From a virus, in the IMG/VR virus record IMGVR_UViG_3300032236_000718, positions 64,001 to 128,000 of that record: a DNA stretch of 64,000 bases, one strand, 5' to 3'. Made by a program: the position numbers and the translations under genes. The notes beneath the pieces were generated by a model. The model was not told where the DNA came from, did not search any database, and saw nothing but the letters and a program-made list of their open reading frames with translations. Below are positions 49,528 through 59,569 of this stretch, in pieces (the stretch's first letter is position 1; every line of letters begins with the position of its first letter).

Positions 49528-52500
49528 TGACAATAACACCATATACACAATACATATACAAATATGATACAGCAAACTCTGCTATTTGGGACGCTTGGAA
49601 CTTTTCAAATACAAACCCAACTAGTGTCGGCTCAAGTTATTGCTTAGAGTTTTTTGTTAACTTTCCAAATGGTATAGGTAATTTAGCTAGTGCCTCAGCT
49701 TTAGTAATTAATCCTGGCGTATATCCTATATTACAAATAGCTATAGGAAATAATGGAATTGTATTTGCAGAAGCTGGATATGTTGGTGAATTTTGTAAGC
49801 ATAATACACCAGTATTAGCAAATACGTGGTATCATTTTGCTTATATAGGAACAAATTCTGTTACGTATGCTTTTCAAAATGGTGTACCGCTTTTATGGTA
49901 TACTGATGCGACCTTGACTACTCAGACAGCAACACCGACCCATGGTGGACCCGGCGGTGGCGGTGGATATAGCCAAAATGGAACACTAGCTCTTAATACC
50001 ATGGGTGTTGGACCCAGTTCACCTAATAGCACAGTTTCTGCTGCAAATCTTGTTTTTAATATTAGTAATCTTAGGTTTACTAGGGGTCTAGCTAATCAAT
50101 CATTATATCCTCTTACAGGATTTATTACTCCAGTTTCAACTCTAACCGCAAGCAATACGGCAAATAACTGGACAGAAACACTATTATTTACAGATAGTGC
50201 TAATAATCTTTTAAATCAAGGTAGAGGTTCTGTAGTCAATTATAGTACTGGGTCGCCTACTATTGCTGTTGCTCCTGGACCTTTTAATAATACACTTCCA
50301 GTTTATAATTCACCATATCCTAATAATACATTATTAAGTGCAAGTCTTTCATCAAACGGTGTTTACTATACTCCTTCATATTTTGATGAGGTTTCTGTAA
50401 GTACACCCGGATCAATAACATTTAACGGAAACAATCAGTTTCTATTTGTTGATTATAGTAATTCGCCAACCTTATTTAATTTTGGAACTGGAACTGTTGC
50501 TCCATATGTACCATTTTGTTTTGAGGCTTGGGTATATCCTACATCTTATACGAATAAATTTACAATAATAAACAGATATCTTATTCCTGGCGGTGCTAAT
50601 CCTCCAGTATTTGCTTTTTATATCAATAGCGCAAATAATATAGTTTGGCAGTCATATGCATCAGGAACATTTACACTAAATCCAACTACACTAGCTCCAC
50701 CATATTCTATACCATTAAACAGTTGGACACATGTCGCTTTAACTAGAGACAGTTCTGCAAACTATAAGATGTTTGTTAATGGTTATGTTGTGGCTACTAC
50801 TACAAACACAGCAGCTACACTAGCAAATACAAATACTGAGAGCTTCATATATATAGGAAGAGCTCAGAACGCAAATCTTTCTTTTCATGCAACAGGATCA
50901 CTAACAGGTCTAAGAGTAAGTTCTGGAATACCAACTCCATATCAGACTACAAATACTACCATTGGGACTCGTATATTTACGCCATCAACGACACCCCCCA
51001 ATACAATGGCAAATACAGTACTATTAATTAATCCATATAGCCAGTTTCCAACAGATTCTAGTGGCACATATAGTAGACCAACTACTAATACATTTGGTTA
51101 TAATACTAGAGTATTTAACTCTGTTAATACTATCTCTTCTGCTACTAATGTTAACGGTCCCGCTGCATTTTCCACTAATAGCCCATATGTAAAACCATCT
51201 TATGCTACATCAGTTTCTCCTAATAGTGCAGTATTTAAAGTAAAAGATACTATAGATGAAGTGTCTTTATCAACAGGAAGTATAGCTTTTAATAGAACCG
51301 GATATTTAAATGTCACTGATAGTCCAGTATTAAGTCTTGCTAATCTTACTTTTACAATTGAGGGTTGGTTTAATACTACTGATACCACTACCGTAGCTCC
51401 ACAAGTTATCATGGCTAGAGGACAGGCCAATGCTATAGTTAATAATACAGGAGGTGGATGGGCTATTATATATCATCCTTATTACGGTATTTTTATGTAC
51501 TTTAATCAGTCGGGTCCTCAAAATCCAATTAGAGTATATAATAGTGGTAATACGGGTTATGTTACAAGTAATACATGGTTTCATTATGCTGCAGTTGGAA
51601 ATGGTACATCTATTTCTATGTACATAAATGGAAATCAAATGATATCATTGCCTGGTTATTCTAATACTTCTTTACTAGGTATAGATCCTGGAGTTCCATT
51701 ATATATAGGATATGATAGTGGAAATTCATATCAAGCTAATAGTAATGGTATGATACAAGGATCTATATCAAACTTAAGAATATCAAATAATGTGGTATAT
51801 ACTGCAAACTTTGTTCCAAGCAAATTACCATTTTATTCTAACTCCACAACACAATTTTTATTAAATTGTATTAATGCTAATACTATATACTATAGAGATG
51901 ACTTAAATATTGTTACACCTGTTGGGACAATATCATATAGTAATTCATCTCCATTTAATATAACACCAAACACTGCTTTAAGACTAACAAATACTGGAAT
52001 GATACAAGTCAAGGGTGGAGTAGATGAGACAACTATAAGTACTGGAAGTTTATATTTTAATAATACGGCTTTTAGATATGTGATGGTTCCCCCAAGTACA
52101 TCGTATAATCTTGGTTCAAACAACTTTACAATAGAAGGATTTGTATATTTTTCATCTTTTGATATAACTTCATCTAATCAAATTATAATTGAACAAAGGT
52201 CAAATAACAGTTATGCTACTGGTGACTGGCTTGTATATGCAACTAATAATAGTATAGTTTTTACCGGATATGATTATTCTAATTCATATGCGTCTGTAGT
52301 GGCTAGTACTGGCTTAGTTTCAAATAATTGGTATCATTTTGCTGTCATGAGAAATGGCGCTACTATCGGTATGTATATAAATGGTATTCAAACACAGACA
52401 AATACTGCAGTAAATCTAGGTACTAATAATAATAGAATAACTATAGGAGCAGATCAAGGAAGTACCGCTGCTAGATGGTTCTTAAATGGATATTTGAGTA

Positions 52501-53486
52501 ATCTACGAATAATTAATGGCAGTTTAGCATATAGTACACCTTCATTTACTGCTCCAGCATCTCCGCTTACTGCTATACCAAATACATCATTTTTAATGAC
52601 TACACCATATAATTCAAATGAACTACTAAATGTTAGTAACAGTACCGTATATTATAGCTCAAATGGTTTTGCCAATTCATATATTGCATTTCCTATGTCT
52701 AGCCCTAATAATTATAATCTTTCTCCAGCTCCATTTAGTAATAATAATCCATTTGGAATAGCTCAAAAAGATATTCCAGGTTCAATATATGTTTCTACTA
52801 ATAGCATGTTTTATGCACCAATTGTCGGTAAACCTGTAATAGGAACTGGTGACTTTACTATGGAGTGTTTTTGGCACCCGACATTATTAAATTATGCTGC
52901 TAATAATAGTTTTGTTACAAATATAATGGGAGTAACCGCTAGAATAGAATTAAACTGGGACGGTGGAACTAATACAATAGTTGTTGCTGTATCTACTACT
53001 GCAAACGTTCCAATATTGCAGGGTGGTGTCCCGGGACAAACTTCAAATGTTATAATAGGAACACCACCTAGTTCAAACTCTCTACTAAATACATGGAACC
53101 ATGTAGCAATAAGTAGAACGAGTAATACACTTAGACTTTTTCTCAATGGAACTATGTTAGGTTCAACTACTGATAATAATAATTATATTAATGATTCTTA
53201 TTATTGTTTTAATCAGGTTCTTACAAATTATTCTGCATATATATCTAATTTTAGACATGTTATCGGAAGATCACTATATAATGCAGATACCAGTTTTACT
53301 CCACCCACAGCTCCATTAATAGCAGTAGCAAATACAGCTACATTGTATAACATGAATTATGGTGCAGGTTATTATAATGACACAATTAGTGGATTACCAC
53401 TTATTAATATATATTCAAATGGTCAACCTATACAGGTATTTGGTAATAACTATTCATCTTTCTCACCAGTCGGTTCAACTATTTAA
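49527..53486 (+). CDS. Multi-LamG (five ConA-like domains) adhesin
   Basis: Five F(T/C)xExW/F...WxHxA...SNLR-type units. Confidence 0.8.
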   Translation: MTITPYTQYIYKYDTANSAIWDAWNFSNTNPTSVGSSYCLEFFVNFPNGIGNLASASALVINPGVYPILQIAIGNNGIVFAEAGYVGEFCKHNTPVLANTWYHFAYIGTNSVTYAFQNGVPLLWYTDATLTTQTATPTHGGPGGGGGYSQNGTLALNTMGVGPSSPNSTVSAANLVFNISNLRFTRGLANQSLYPLTGFITPVSTLTASNTANNWTETLLFTDSANNLLNQGRGSVVNYSTGSPTIAVAPGPFNNTLPVYNSPYPNNTLLSASLSSNGVYYTPSYFDEVSVSTPGSITFNGNNQFLFVDYSNSPTLFNFGTGTVAPYVPFCFEAWVYPTSYTNKFTIINRYLIPGGANPPVFAFYINSANNIVWQSYASGTFTLNPTTLAPPYSIPLNSWTHVALTRDSSANYKMFVNGYVVATTTNTAATLANTNTESFIYIGRAQNANLSFHATGSLTGLRVSSGIPTPYQTTNTTIGTRIFTPSTTPPNTMANTVLLINPYSQFPTDSSGTYSRPTTNTFGYNTRVFNSVNTISSATNVNGPAAFSTNSPYVKPSYATSVSPNSAVFKVKDTIDEVSLSTGSIAFNRTGYLNVTDSPVLSLANLTFTIEGWFNTTDTTTVAPQVIMARGQANAIVNNTGGGWAIIYHPYYGIFMYFNQSGPQNPIRVYNSGNTGYVTSNTWFHYAAVGNGTSISMYINGNQMISLPGYSNTSLLGIDPGVPLYIGYDSGNSYQANSNGMIQGSISNLRISNNVVYTANFVPSKLPFYSNSTTQFLLNCINANTIYYRDDLNIVTPVGTISYSNSSPFNITPNTALRLTNTGMIQVKGGVDETTISTGSLYFNNTAFRYVMVPPSTSYNLGSNNFTIEGFVYFSSFDITSSNQIIIEQRSNNSYATGDWLVYATNNSIVFTGYDYSNSYASVVASTGLVSNNWYHFAVMRNGATIGMYINGIQTQTNTAVNLGTNNNRITIGADQGSTAARWFLNGYLSNLRIINGSLAYSTPSFTAPASPLTAIPNTSFLMTTPYNSNELLNVSNSTVYYSSNGFANSYIAFPMSSPNNYNLSPAPFSNNNPFGIAQKDIPGSIYVSTNSMFYAPIVGKPVIGTGDFTMECFWHPTLLNYAANNSFVTNIMGVTARIELNWDGGTNTIVVAVSTTANVPILQGGVPGQTSNVIIGTPPSSNSLLNTWNHVAISRTSNTLRLFLNGTMLGSTTDNNNYINDSYYCFNQVLTNYSAYISNFRHVIGRSLYNADTSFTPPTAPLIAVANTATLYNMNYGAGYYNDTISGLPLINIYSNGQPIQVFGNNYSSFSPVGSTI

Positions 53487-53499
53487 CTAGGATTTTAAA

Positions 53500-54279
53500 A
53501 TGGGAAGACTTTTAGATGGCTCAAGAGTTTTTGGTGGTTTATCAGTAGACTATCAGATTAACGTCGGGTCTATTGGATCCACTAGTAATTCTTTTATTAG
53601 TATATCAAATAATACAGGAGCTGCACTTTATATATCAAATACTACTGCTAACGTGTATGTAGTCAACACTTCAGGAATATATGGTGTTTTATCTTCTCTC
53701 GGAAACATCACGGTAAATGCTACTACTTTATTTGTTGGTAATACTACAATTAATGCGACTGTTAATACAAGTTCATTGTCTTTAAATCCTATATCGGCAG
53801 CTAATACTACCGGTACAGGTGGTGCTGCAATGAGTTTAACAACGTTGTTTTTTGGTAATAGCACGATTAATACTACTCATAATACAAGCTCTTTAGTACT
53901 TAATCCAACTGCGTCTGCTAATACAACCGGTACTGGTGGTGCAACATTAGCAGCAACATCTATGTTTATAGGAAATAATACTGCAAATGCTATAATAAAC
54001 ACTGCAGGTGTCTATATTGGTGGTAAGTCTACTGCAGCAGCTACTGGTTACACAGTGCTTCCAAACGGTATTAAGATGAACTGGGGATCAATATCTGCAA
54101 ATAGCTTGGGTGTGTCTGGTACATTTGCTAGTGCATTTACTACACTTTATAACGTAACAGTTAGTGGAACTGTTGGTACCGCATTTGTGTGGCTTAGCGG
54201 CGCAAATAATACTACGGCTACTGTCACTACCAACAGCGCGACATCAAGTACAGTATACTATCACGCAATAGGAGTCTAA
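53500..54279 (+). CDS. Short tail fibre with GYxxLPNG..MNWG C-terminal domain
   Basis: N-terminus and repeats shared with 46219-49527; typical fibre tip motif. Confidence 0.7.
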   Translation: MGRLLDGSRVFGGLSVDYQINVGSIGSTSNSFISISNNTGAALYISNTTANVYVVNTSGIYGVLSSLGNITVNATTLFVGNTTINATVNTSSLSLNPISAANTTGTGGAAMSLTTLFFGNSTINTTHNTSSLVLNPTASANTTGTGGATLAATSMFIGNNTANAIINTAGVYIGGKSTAAATGYTVLPNGIKMNWGSISANSLGVSGTFASAFTTLYNVTVSGTVGTAFVWLSGANNTTATVTTNSATSSTVYYHAIGV

Positions 54280-54280
54280 T

Positions 54281-54598
54281 ATGGCCATAACATATACGAG
54301 AACATATAGTAGCCCGATGGTCACTAAAGTTGGTGACTTATCAGACGTAGTTATATCATACCAGTGCTTAATTACTGGAGATGATGGTGAAGGAAATATT
54401 GTGTCTATAAACAACCGTGTTGATTTACCGACAGTTAATCCAGAAGACTTTATTGTATACTCCAGTTTAACAAGGGAGATCTTTGATAACTGGACAGACG
54501 AGTATCTGAATGTCTCTACTATAGAAGATGATATATCCAGGGCAATAGAATCGATTATAAATACTAGAGCAATTGAGCAGAAGGATCTTCCCTTCTAA
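54281..54598 (+). CDS. Small acidic protein, probable fibre assembly chaperone
   Basis: MAITY, FI.YSSLT.E....W, terminal LPF; follows the fibre gene. Confidence 0.55.
   Translation: MAITYTRTYSSPMVTKVGDLSDVVISYQCLITGDDGEGNIVSINNRVDLPTVNPEDFIVYSSLTREIFDNWTDEYLNVSTIEDDISRAIESIINTRAIEQKDLPF
54556..54563 (+). promoter_or_regulatory. Late promoter TATAAATA upstream of the 2OG-Fe(II) oxygenase
   Basis: Perfect consensus 54 nt upstream of the ATG at 54617, inside the upstream CDS. Confidence 0.6.
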
Positions 54599-54616
54599 TA
54601 TATTATGGAGTAACTA

Positions 54617-55255
54617 ATGAGTGACCTTATACAGTCCTTTCTACACTTCCCATCTCCAATCTATACTATAGAGAAACTTGAGTATCTAGATCAGACTAGA
54701 GATGTTTGTTATGAACATCTTCATGAGGCTAGAGAGAGGGATGACTTTAATGAGGTTTACCCACTTTATAATACAGGGAATATTAGTGATGATGAAAGAC
54801 TAAGGTCACTCGCTGAGTTTATTCTAGATAGCGCATGGAATATACTAGACAATCAGGGATATAATATGTCCCAGTTTGTGACAACTCTAAATGACTTTTG
54901 GTGTCAAGAACACCTTAAAGGTTCAGGTCACGAGAGACACATGCACGACTCTATAATAACTGGATTCTATTTTTTGGACTGTCCAGAGAATAGTTGTAGA
55001 CTAAACATACATGACCCTAGATCAATTAAAGAATACTTAAGCCTTCCTGAAAAAGATAAGACACAGGGAACATATGCTAGTAATATACTTAATATAGATG
55101 CTGGTCCTGGTACTATAGTCTTTACTAATTCTTGGCTACCACACTCATTTACTCGTAATGAGTCTAATGATCCTTTTAGAATGATTCACTTTAACATTGG
55201 TATACAATATGTCGGTGATAAACAAAAAGACCCTAATGCACCAGAAATAATATGA
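54617..55255 (+). CDS. 2OG-Fe(II) oxygenase (TIGR02466-like)
   Basis: FPSPIY, W, HxH (HMH), GFYFL, DPR, F.SWLPH, R..IHFN. Confidence 0.8.
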   Translation: MSDLIQSFLHFPSPIYTIEKLEYLDQTRDVCYEHLHEARERDDFNEVYPLYNTGNISDDERLRSLAEFILDSAWNILDNQGYNMSQFVTTLNDFWCQEHLKGSGHERHMHDSIITGFYFLDCPENSCRLNIHDPRSIKEYLSLPEKDKTQGTYASNILNIDAGPGTIVFTNSWLPHSFTRNESNDPFRMIHFNIGIQYVGDKQKDPNAPEII

Positions 55256-55494
55256 AAAAGTATCTTATAAGGTTTAATAAGAGCCGAGGTAAATCTGGTA
55301 GGGGTACTAAAGACCATGTATGGAGAGTATTTGAGGATGGAAAAGAATACATCTTTAAACATGTCCGAATAAATGTTCCAGTACACGATGAGGTTTCCGG
55401 AGACGGTCTGGGGAATGATGACTGGAACTTTTGTTGTCATGGGATTATGACTATAGACAGGGAAACATCTACGGCCATCATTAACGCAGAATAA
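55252..55494 (+). CDS. Hypothetical basic protein
   Basis: ATGA overlap with the oxygenase; IRFNKSRG..GRGT.DHVWRVFE. Confidence 0.6.
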   Translation: MKKYLIRFNKSRGKSGRGTKDHVWRVFEDGKEYIFKHVRINVPVHDEVSGDGLGNDDWNFCCHGIMTIDRETSTAIINAE

Positions 55495-55495
55495 T

Positions 55496-55503
55496 TATAA
55501 ATA
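55496..55503 (+). promoter_or_regulatory. Late promoter TATAAATA
   Basis: Perfect intergenic consensus before the 1344-aa fibre. Confidence 0.8.
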
Positions 55504-55534
55504 GTCAAAATAATTCTGCGGGAAAGGGAACCAG

Positions 55535-58500
55535 ATGTCAGATAAAGATTTTGTCGTTAAGAATGGCCTAGTAGTAAACACAACCTTTACGGCCAACTCT
55601 ACAGAGGTTCATATCGGTAATGCCACTGTTAACGCAGTCTTTACGTCACCTAACACAAACGTCCTAACATTAACTTTATCTAACTCGTCTGTTACGGGAA
55701 CACTGACATCCGCTAACTATAGTGGTACAGCTGCCAACTCGCAGCTTCTAAATAATCAACCCGGTTCTTATTACACTAATGCCACAAATATCAATGCCGG
55801 CACACTAGCCTGGGCATACCAAGCAGCTAACACTGTAAACACTACCGGTAACTTCACAATGACCGGTAATCTTAACTTTACTGCTACAAATAATTATTTT
55901 GGCAACTCATCAGTTAGCCCAACCATTTATGTTAATACTATTAACTCTACGGCAAATGGAGTTACCGTTAATAATAGTCTCATTACTATTGGTAACTCAT
56001 CTGTTAATGTACAGATTAATTCTACAACTATTAGTGCGACTGCAAATAATGCATTGAATCTTGGCGGTCAACCACCAAGTTATTATACAAACGCGTCTAA
56101 TATAAATGCTGGAACATTGCCATGGGCTTATCAAGCACTTAATACAGTCAATACGACTGGCGTCTTTACTATGGCAAATCTAACAGTGAATTCAACCTTT
56201 ACTGTTACTAATGGTAGTGTGGCTACAGTATCTAACTCATCTGGTCTATATGCTCTATCAGGAAATGTTAAAACATCTTATCTAGAGACTACAGCTCTAG
56301 CTAACTTAGCCTGGGCTAATATCTCTGGTAATGTTTATATAGGTGGAAATGTTTACGTTTCAGGTAACTTTACTGCTACTGGTTCTGCGACTATTGTTAA
56401 TACAGTTAGTATATCTACTAAAGATCACACAATTATATTGGCAGACGGATCAACAAGTGCTACTGCAGCAGATGCGTCTGGTATAGTCGTTGCTAATACC
56501 GATGCAACTACTGGTGCACTTGGTACAACGTATGCTAACTTCTTATATAACGCTGCTAATAATGCATGGATGCCTAGTATCAACGTTGTTCCACAAACTA
56601 CTGATGTTCAAAGTCTTGGTAGCGCCACACAGCTATGGCATAATCTGTACGGTAATAATATATACGGAACTTTACAGACAAACTCACAACCTAATATAGT
56701 AGCCGGTGATTCTCTTAAACTTGGTGGTGTACTAGCTGCTTTTTATGTACAGAATACAGATAGTCGTGTATTGTCTGGTAATCTTAACTTTACTGGATCA
56801 AATGTATTCTTTGGCAATGCTACACTTCAGGGTGCAGTATATTTTGGTAACTCGTCAGTAACTAATACGATTGTTAATGCTTCTGCTATCACACTTGGTG
56901 GAACTGGAACTTCTTTAGGTAACGTATCTGTCTCGTACTCTGGATTTATTGCTGGTAATACAACTGTTGCATCAAATGCTGTATTACTAATATCAAATAC
57001 TTCTGGTGTTACAAGAGTTGGAGCTAATGGTGCTTCTATTGGTGGTAACACATTACAAGTAGGTACTACACTATATGTAACACTTGCAGGTAATACAGGC
57101 TATGGTACATCTACACCTGCTGCGTTTGTCGAGATAGATAGTCCATTTGGAACAACTACTTCCAATAATTTATTCTTATATCAAAATTCTGCAACTGTTA
57201 CTTCGGCCACATGGAACTCGTATCGCTATATAACAACTGGATCTGCAAATACTACAGCATACCAGTTTAGACAGTTTAATGTCGGTCCTGGTGGTATCGG
57301 TATAGGATATGCTCCACCAACATCTGCTAGAGCTGCAACAGATGCTCTATATGTTGCTGGTAATACAGGATTTAATACTCAGACTCCTGGAGCTCTAGTA
57401 GATATTAACGGTACACTAAACGTGTCTGGTATGTCTAATATTGGCGGTCCAATCAGTGTTAATGGTGACGTGTCAGTCGGCTGGAGCAATGGTGTTATCA
57501 ACTCGATATTTACATCGACTGGCGCTACTACTCCATATTGGTCAAGCAATGCGTTTCTTAATGTCGTAAATGCAGTATCGATCGGATCAAATACCGTAAC
57601 AACAGTTACACCTCCTGCAACCTTTACATTCTCCGGTAATGCTACAGCTCTTACTGGAAACGTGAGCATATACTCTGCCACAGCATGGACAGGTTCTGTC
57701 ACCGCTGGTGCTGGAACTATAACTATTCCTAGCGGCACTGCGTCTGTCACAGGATCCGGAACACAATTTACTAACTATATTCCTGGTACAGTTATTAGCT
57801 TAACTAATAATGCTAATACTGCATTAAACACATACTATGCTATTAAGTCAATAACTAATAACACATTTATGACATTAAATAGCATAGTTCCCGCTCCTGG
57901 TGCTACTAGCGTGTCGTTCTGGACCGGCGGTCTAGATTTAAGAAACAGATTATTTGTTCCAGGAATTGCCAATCTCTTACAGACAGGTGATAAAGTCGTC
58001 TATAACGTAGGTGTCAATAATACAGCTATAACCGGTCTGACAAACGCGACTACTTATTCGGTTCTGTGGGGTAACGCTACATCTATTGCTCTAGCTAATC
58101 CAACAATTGATGCACTATCACCTGTAAGTCTTCTTGCTGTAACTGCCACACCTCAACCTGGGCATAGTCTCACAATAAATTATCAGTCATCGGTGTCAAT
58201 TAGTAATAATGGTGCTGGAGCTGCGGTGATCGTTGTTGGTAATTCTACAGTTAATACAGTTGTTAACTCGAGTGCCTTTAGCGGTAACGCGTATAATATT
58301 ACTCAGTTCCCTCTGAATCAGAGTGTTAATACTTCCGGATCACCTACATTTGCCAATATAACATCTAGCACATCGATGAGAATTGGTGGATCATCTTCTG
58401 GATCTACACTTTATTTTGGTACTACTGCTGCAACAACTGCTAATCTATCATGGTCAACTGGCGGAGGTGTAGATACTCTTAACTTTGGTTCTAGCCAAGG

Positions 58501-59569
58501 TGCCGTCATGACAATTAATGGTACAGCTACGGTTTTAACAAGCTGTAACTATGGTACATTTATAAGTCTAGCTTGGACAAATATAACCGGTAAGCCAACT
58601 AATGTTAGCTACTGGACAAATGATAGTTCATATGCAAATAGCACTAATGGATTTGGTATTAATGGTACAGCAGCTGCTGCTCCATGGTCTGGAATAACTG
58701 GTAAGCCTACAGCAGTAAGCTACTGGACAAATGATAATTCCTATGCAAATAGTACTAATGGTGCTGCTATTAATGGTAATGCTTCAACTGCGACACTAGC
58801 AGCCAAGGCATCCACATTAGCTGCTAATGGTGGTAATGGAACCGGTATGACTTTTAATTGGTCAGGACAAGCTGGTCAGCCAACATGGTTATGGGGAGGT
58901 GGTGATGGCGTAAATATGTATGTTTATAATCCATCAAACTTTAACGTTAATAGTGCAGTATATTCAACACAGTTAACTGGATCACAACAAACAAATCCTA
59001 TTTTAGGTTCTTCTTCACCATTAGCTATGTCTGGAGATACTGCCTCGAGAGGAAGCTTCATAGCAAGATCTGGTGGTGCAGGTGACAATAACTTAGCTGG
59101 TATGACTTTCTGGAATGATTCTTATGCTATTAAGTTAGGTGTTCGTAATGACGGTGTTTTTGGTCTAGGCGGTTGGTCAAGACCGGCATACTCGTGGTAC
59201 TCTGATGCATCTGGTAATATGGTTGCTGCAGGTAACGTTATTGCATACTCTGATCCAAAACTTAAAGAGAATATTACACAAATTACCGACGCTGTAGGTA
59301 TGATACAAAAGCTTGACGGAGTAAACTTTACTTGGAAAGAAGGGTATATACACACCGAATATAAAGCTGGTAAGAAAGATATCGGCGTTTTAGCTGATCA
59401 AGTAGAAGCTATTCTTCCAGAGATAATATCAGACTCCGTAGTAGTCGACGGAGTATCATTTAAGATGGTTGCTTATGACAAGTTAATACCGGTTCTTATA
59501 GAGGCGATCAAGGAACTTAAGGCTGAGATAGACGACCTAAAGAGTGATAAGAATAAAAGGAAGAAGTAA
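55535..59569 (+). CDS. Distal long tail fibre with C-terminal peptidase S74 intramolecular chaperone
   Basis: YSDPKLKENI...GV.F.W...G.LA.QVE...PE...V.YDKLIP.LIEAIKEL from 59249; N-terminus KDFVVKNGL. Confidence 0.85.
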   Translation: MSDKDFVVKNGLVVNTTFTANSTEVHIGNATVNAVFTSPNTNVLTLTLSNSSVTGTLTSANYSGTAANSQLLNNQPGSYYTNATNINAGTLAWAYQAANTVNTTGNFTMTGNLNFTATNNYFGNSSVSPTIYVNTINSTANGVTVNNSLITIGNSSVNVQINSTTISATANNALNLGGQPPSYYTNASNINAGTLPWAYQALNTVNTTGVFTMANLTVNSTFTVTNGSVATVSNSSGLYALSGNVKTSYLETTALANLAWANISGNVYIGGNVYVSGNFTATGSATIVNTVSISTKDHTIILADGSTSATAADASGIVVANTDATTGALGTTYANFLYNAANNAWMPSINVVPQTTDVQSLGSATQLWHNLYGNNIYGTLQTNSQPNIVAGDSLKLGGVLAAFYVQNTDSRVLSGNLNFTGSNVFFGNATLQGAVYFGNSSVTNTIVNASAITLGGTGTSLGNVSVSYSGFIAGNTTVASNAVLLISNTSGVTRVGANGASIGGNTLQVGTTLYVTLAGNTGYGTSTPAAFVEIDSPFGTTTSNNLFLYQNSATVTSATWNSYRYITTGSANTTAYQFRQFNVGPGGIGIGYAPPTSARAATDALYVAGNTGFNTQTPGALVDINGTLNVSGMSNIGGPISVNGDVSVGWSNGVINSIFTSTGATTPYWSSNAFLNVVNAVSIGSNTVTTVTPPATFTFSGNATALTGNVSIYSATAWTGSVTAGAGTITIPSGTASVTGSGTQFTNYIPGTVISLTNNANTALNTYYAIKSITNNTFMTLNSIVPAPGATSVSFWTGGLDLRNRLFVPGIANLLQTGDKVVYNVGVNNTAITGLTNATTYSVLWGNATSIALANPTIDALSPVSLLAVTATPQPGHSLTINYQSSVSISNNGAGAAVIVVGNSTVNTVVNSSAFSGNAYNITQFPLNQSVNTSGSPTFANITSSTSMRIGGSSSGSTLYFGTTAATTANLSWSTGGGVDTLNFGSSQGAVMTINGTATVLTSCNYGTFISLAWTNITGKPTNVSYWTNDSSYANSTNGFGINGTAAAAPWSGITGKPTAVSYWTNDNSYANSTNGAAINGNASTATLAAKASTLAANGGNGTGMTFNWSGQAGQPTWLWGGGDGVNMYVYNPSNFNVNSAVYSTQLTGSQQTNPILGSSSPLAMSGDTASRGSFIARSGGAGDNNLAGMTFWNDSYAIKLGVRNDGVFGLGGWSRPAYSWYSDASGNMVAAGNVIAYSDPKLKENITQITDAVGMIQKLDGVNFTWKEGYIHTEYKAGKKDIGVLADQVEAILPEIISDSVVVDGVSFKMVAYDKLIPVLIEAIKELKAEIDDLKSDKNKRKK

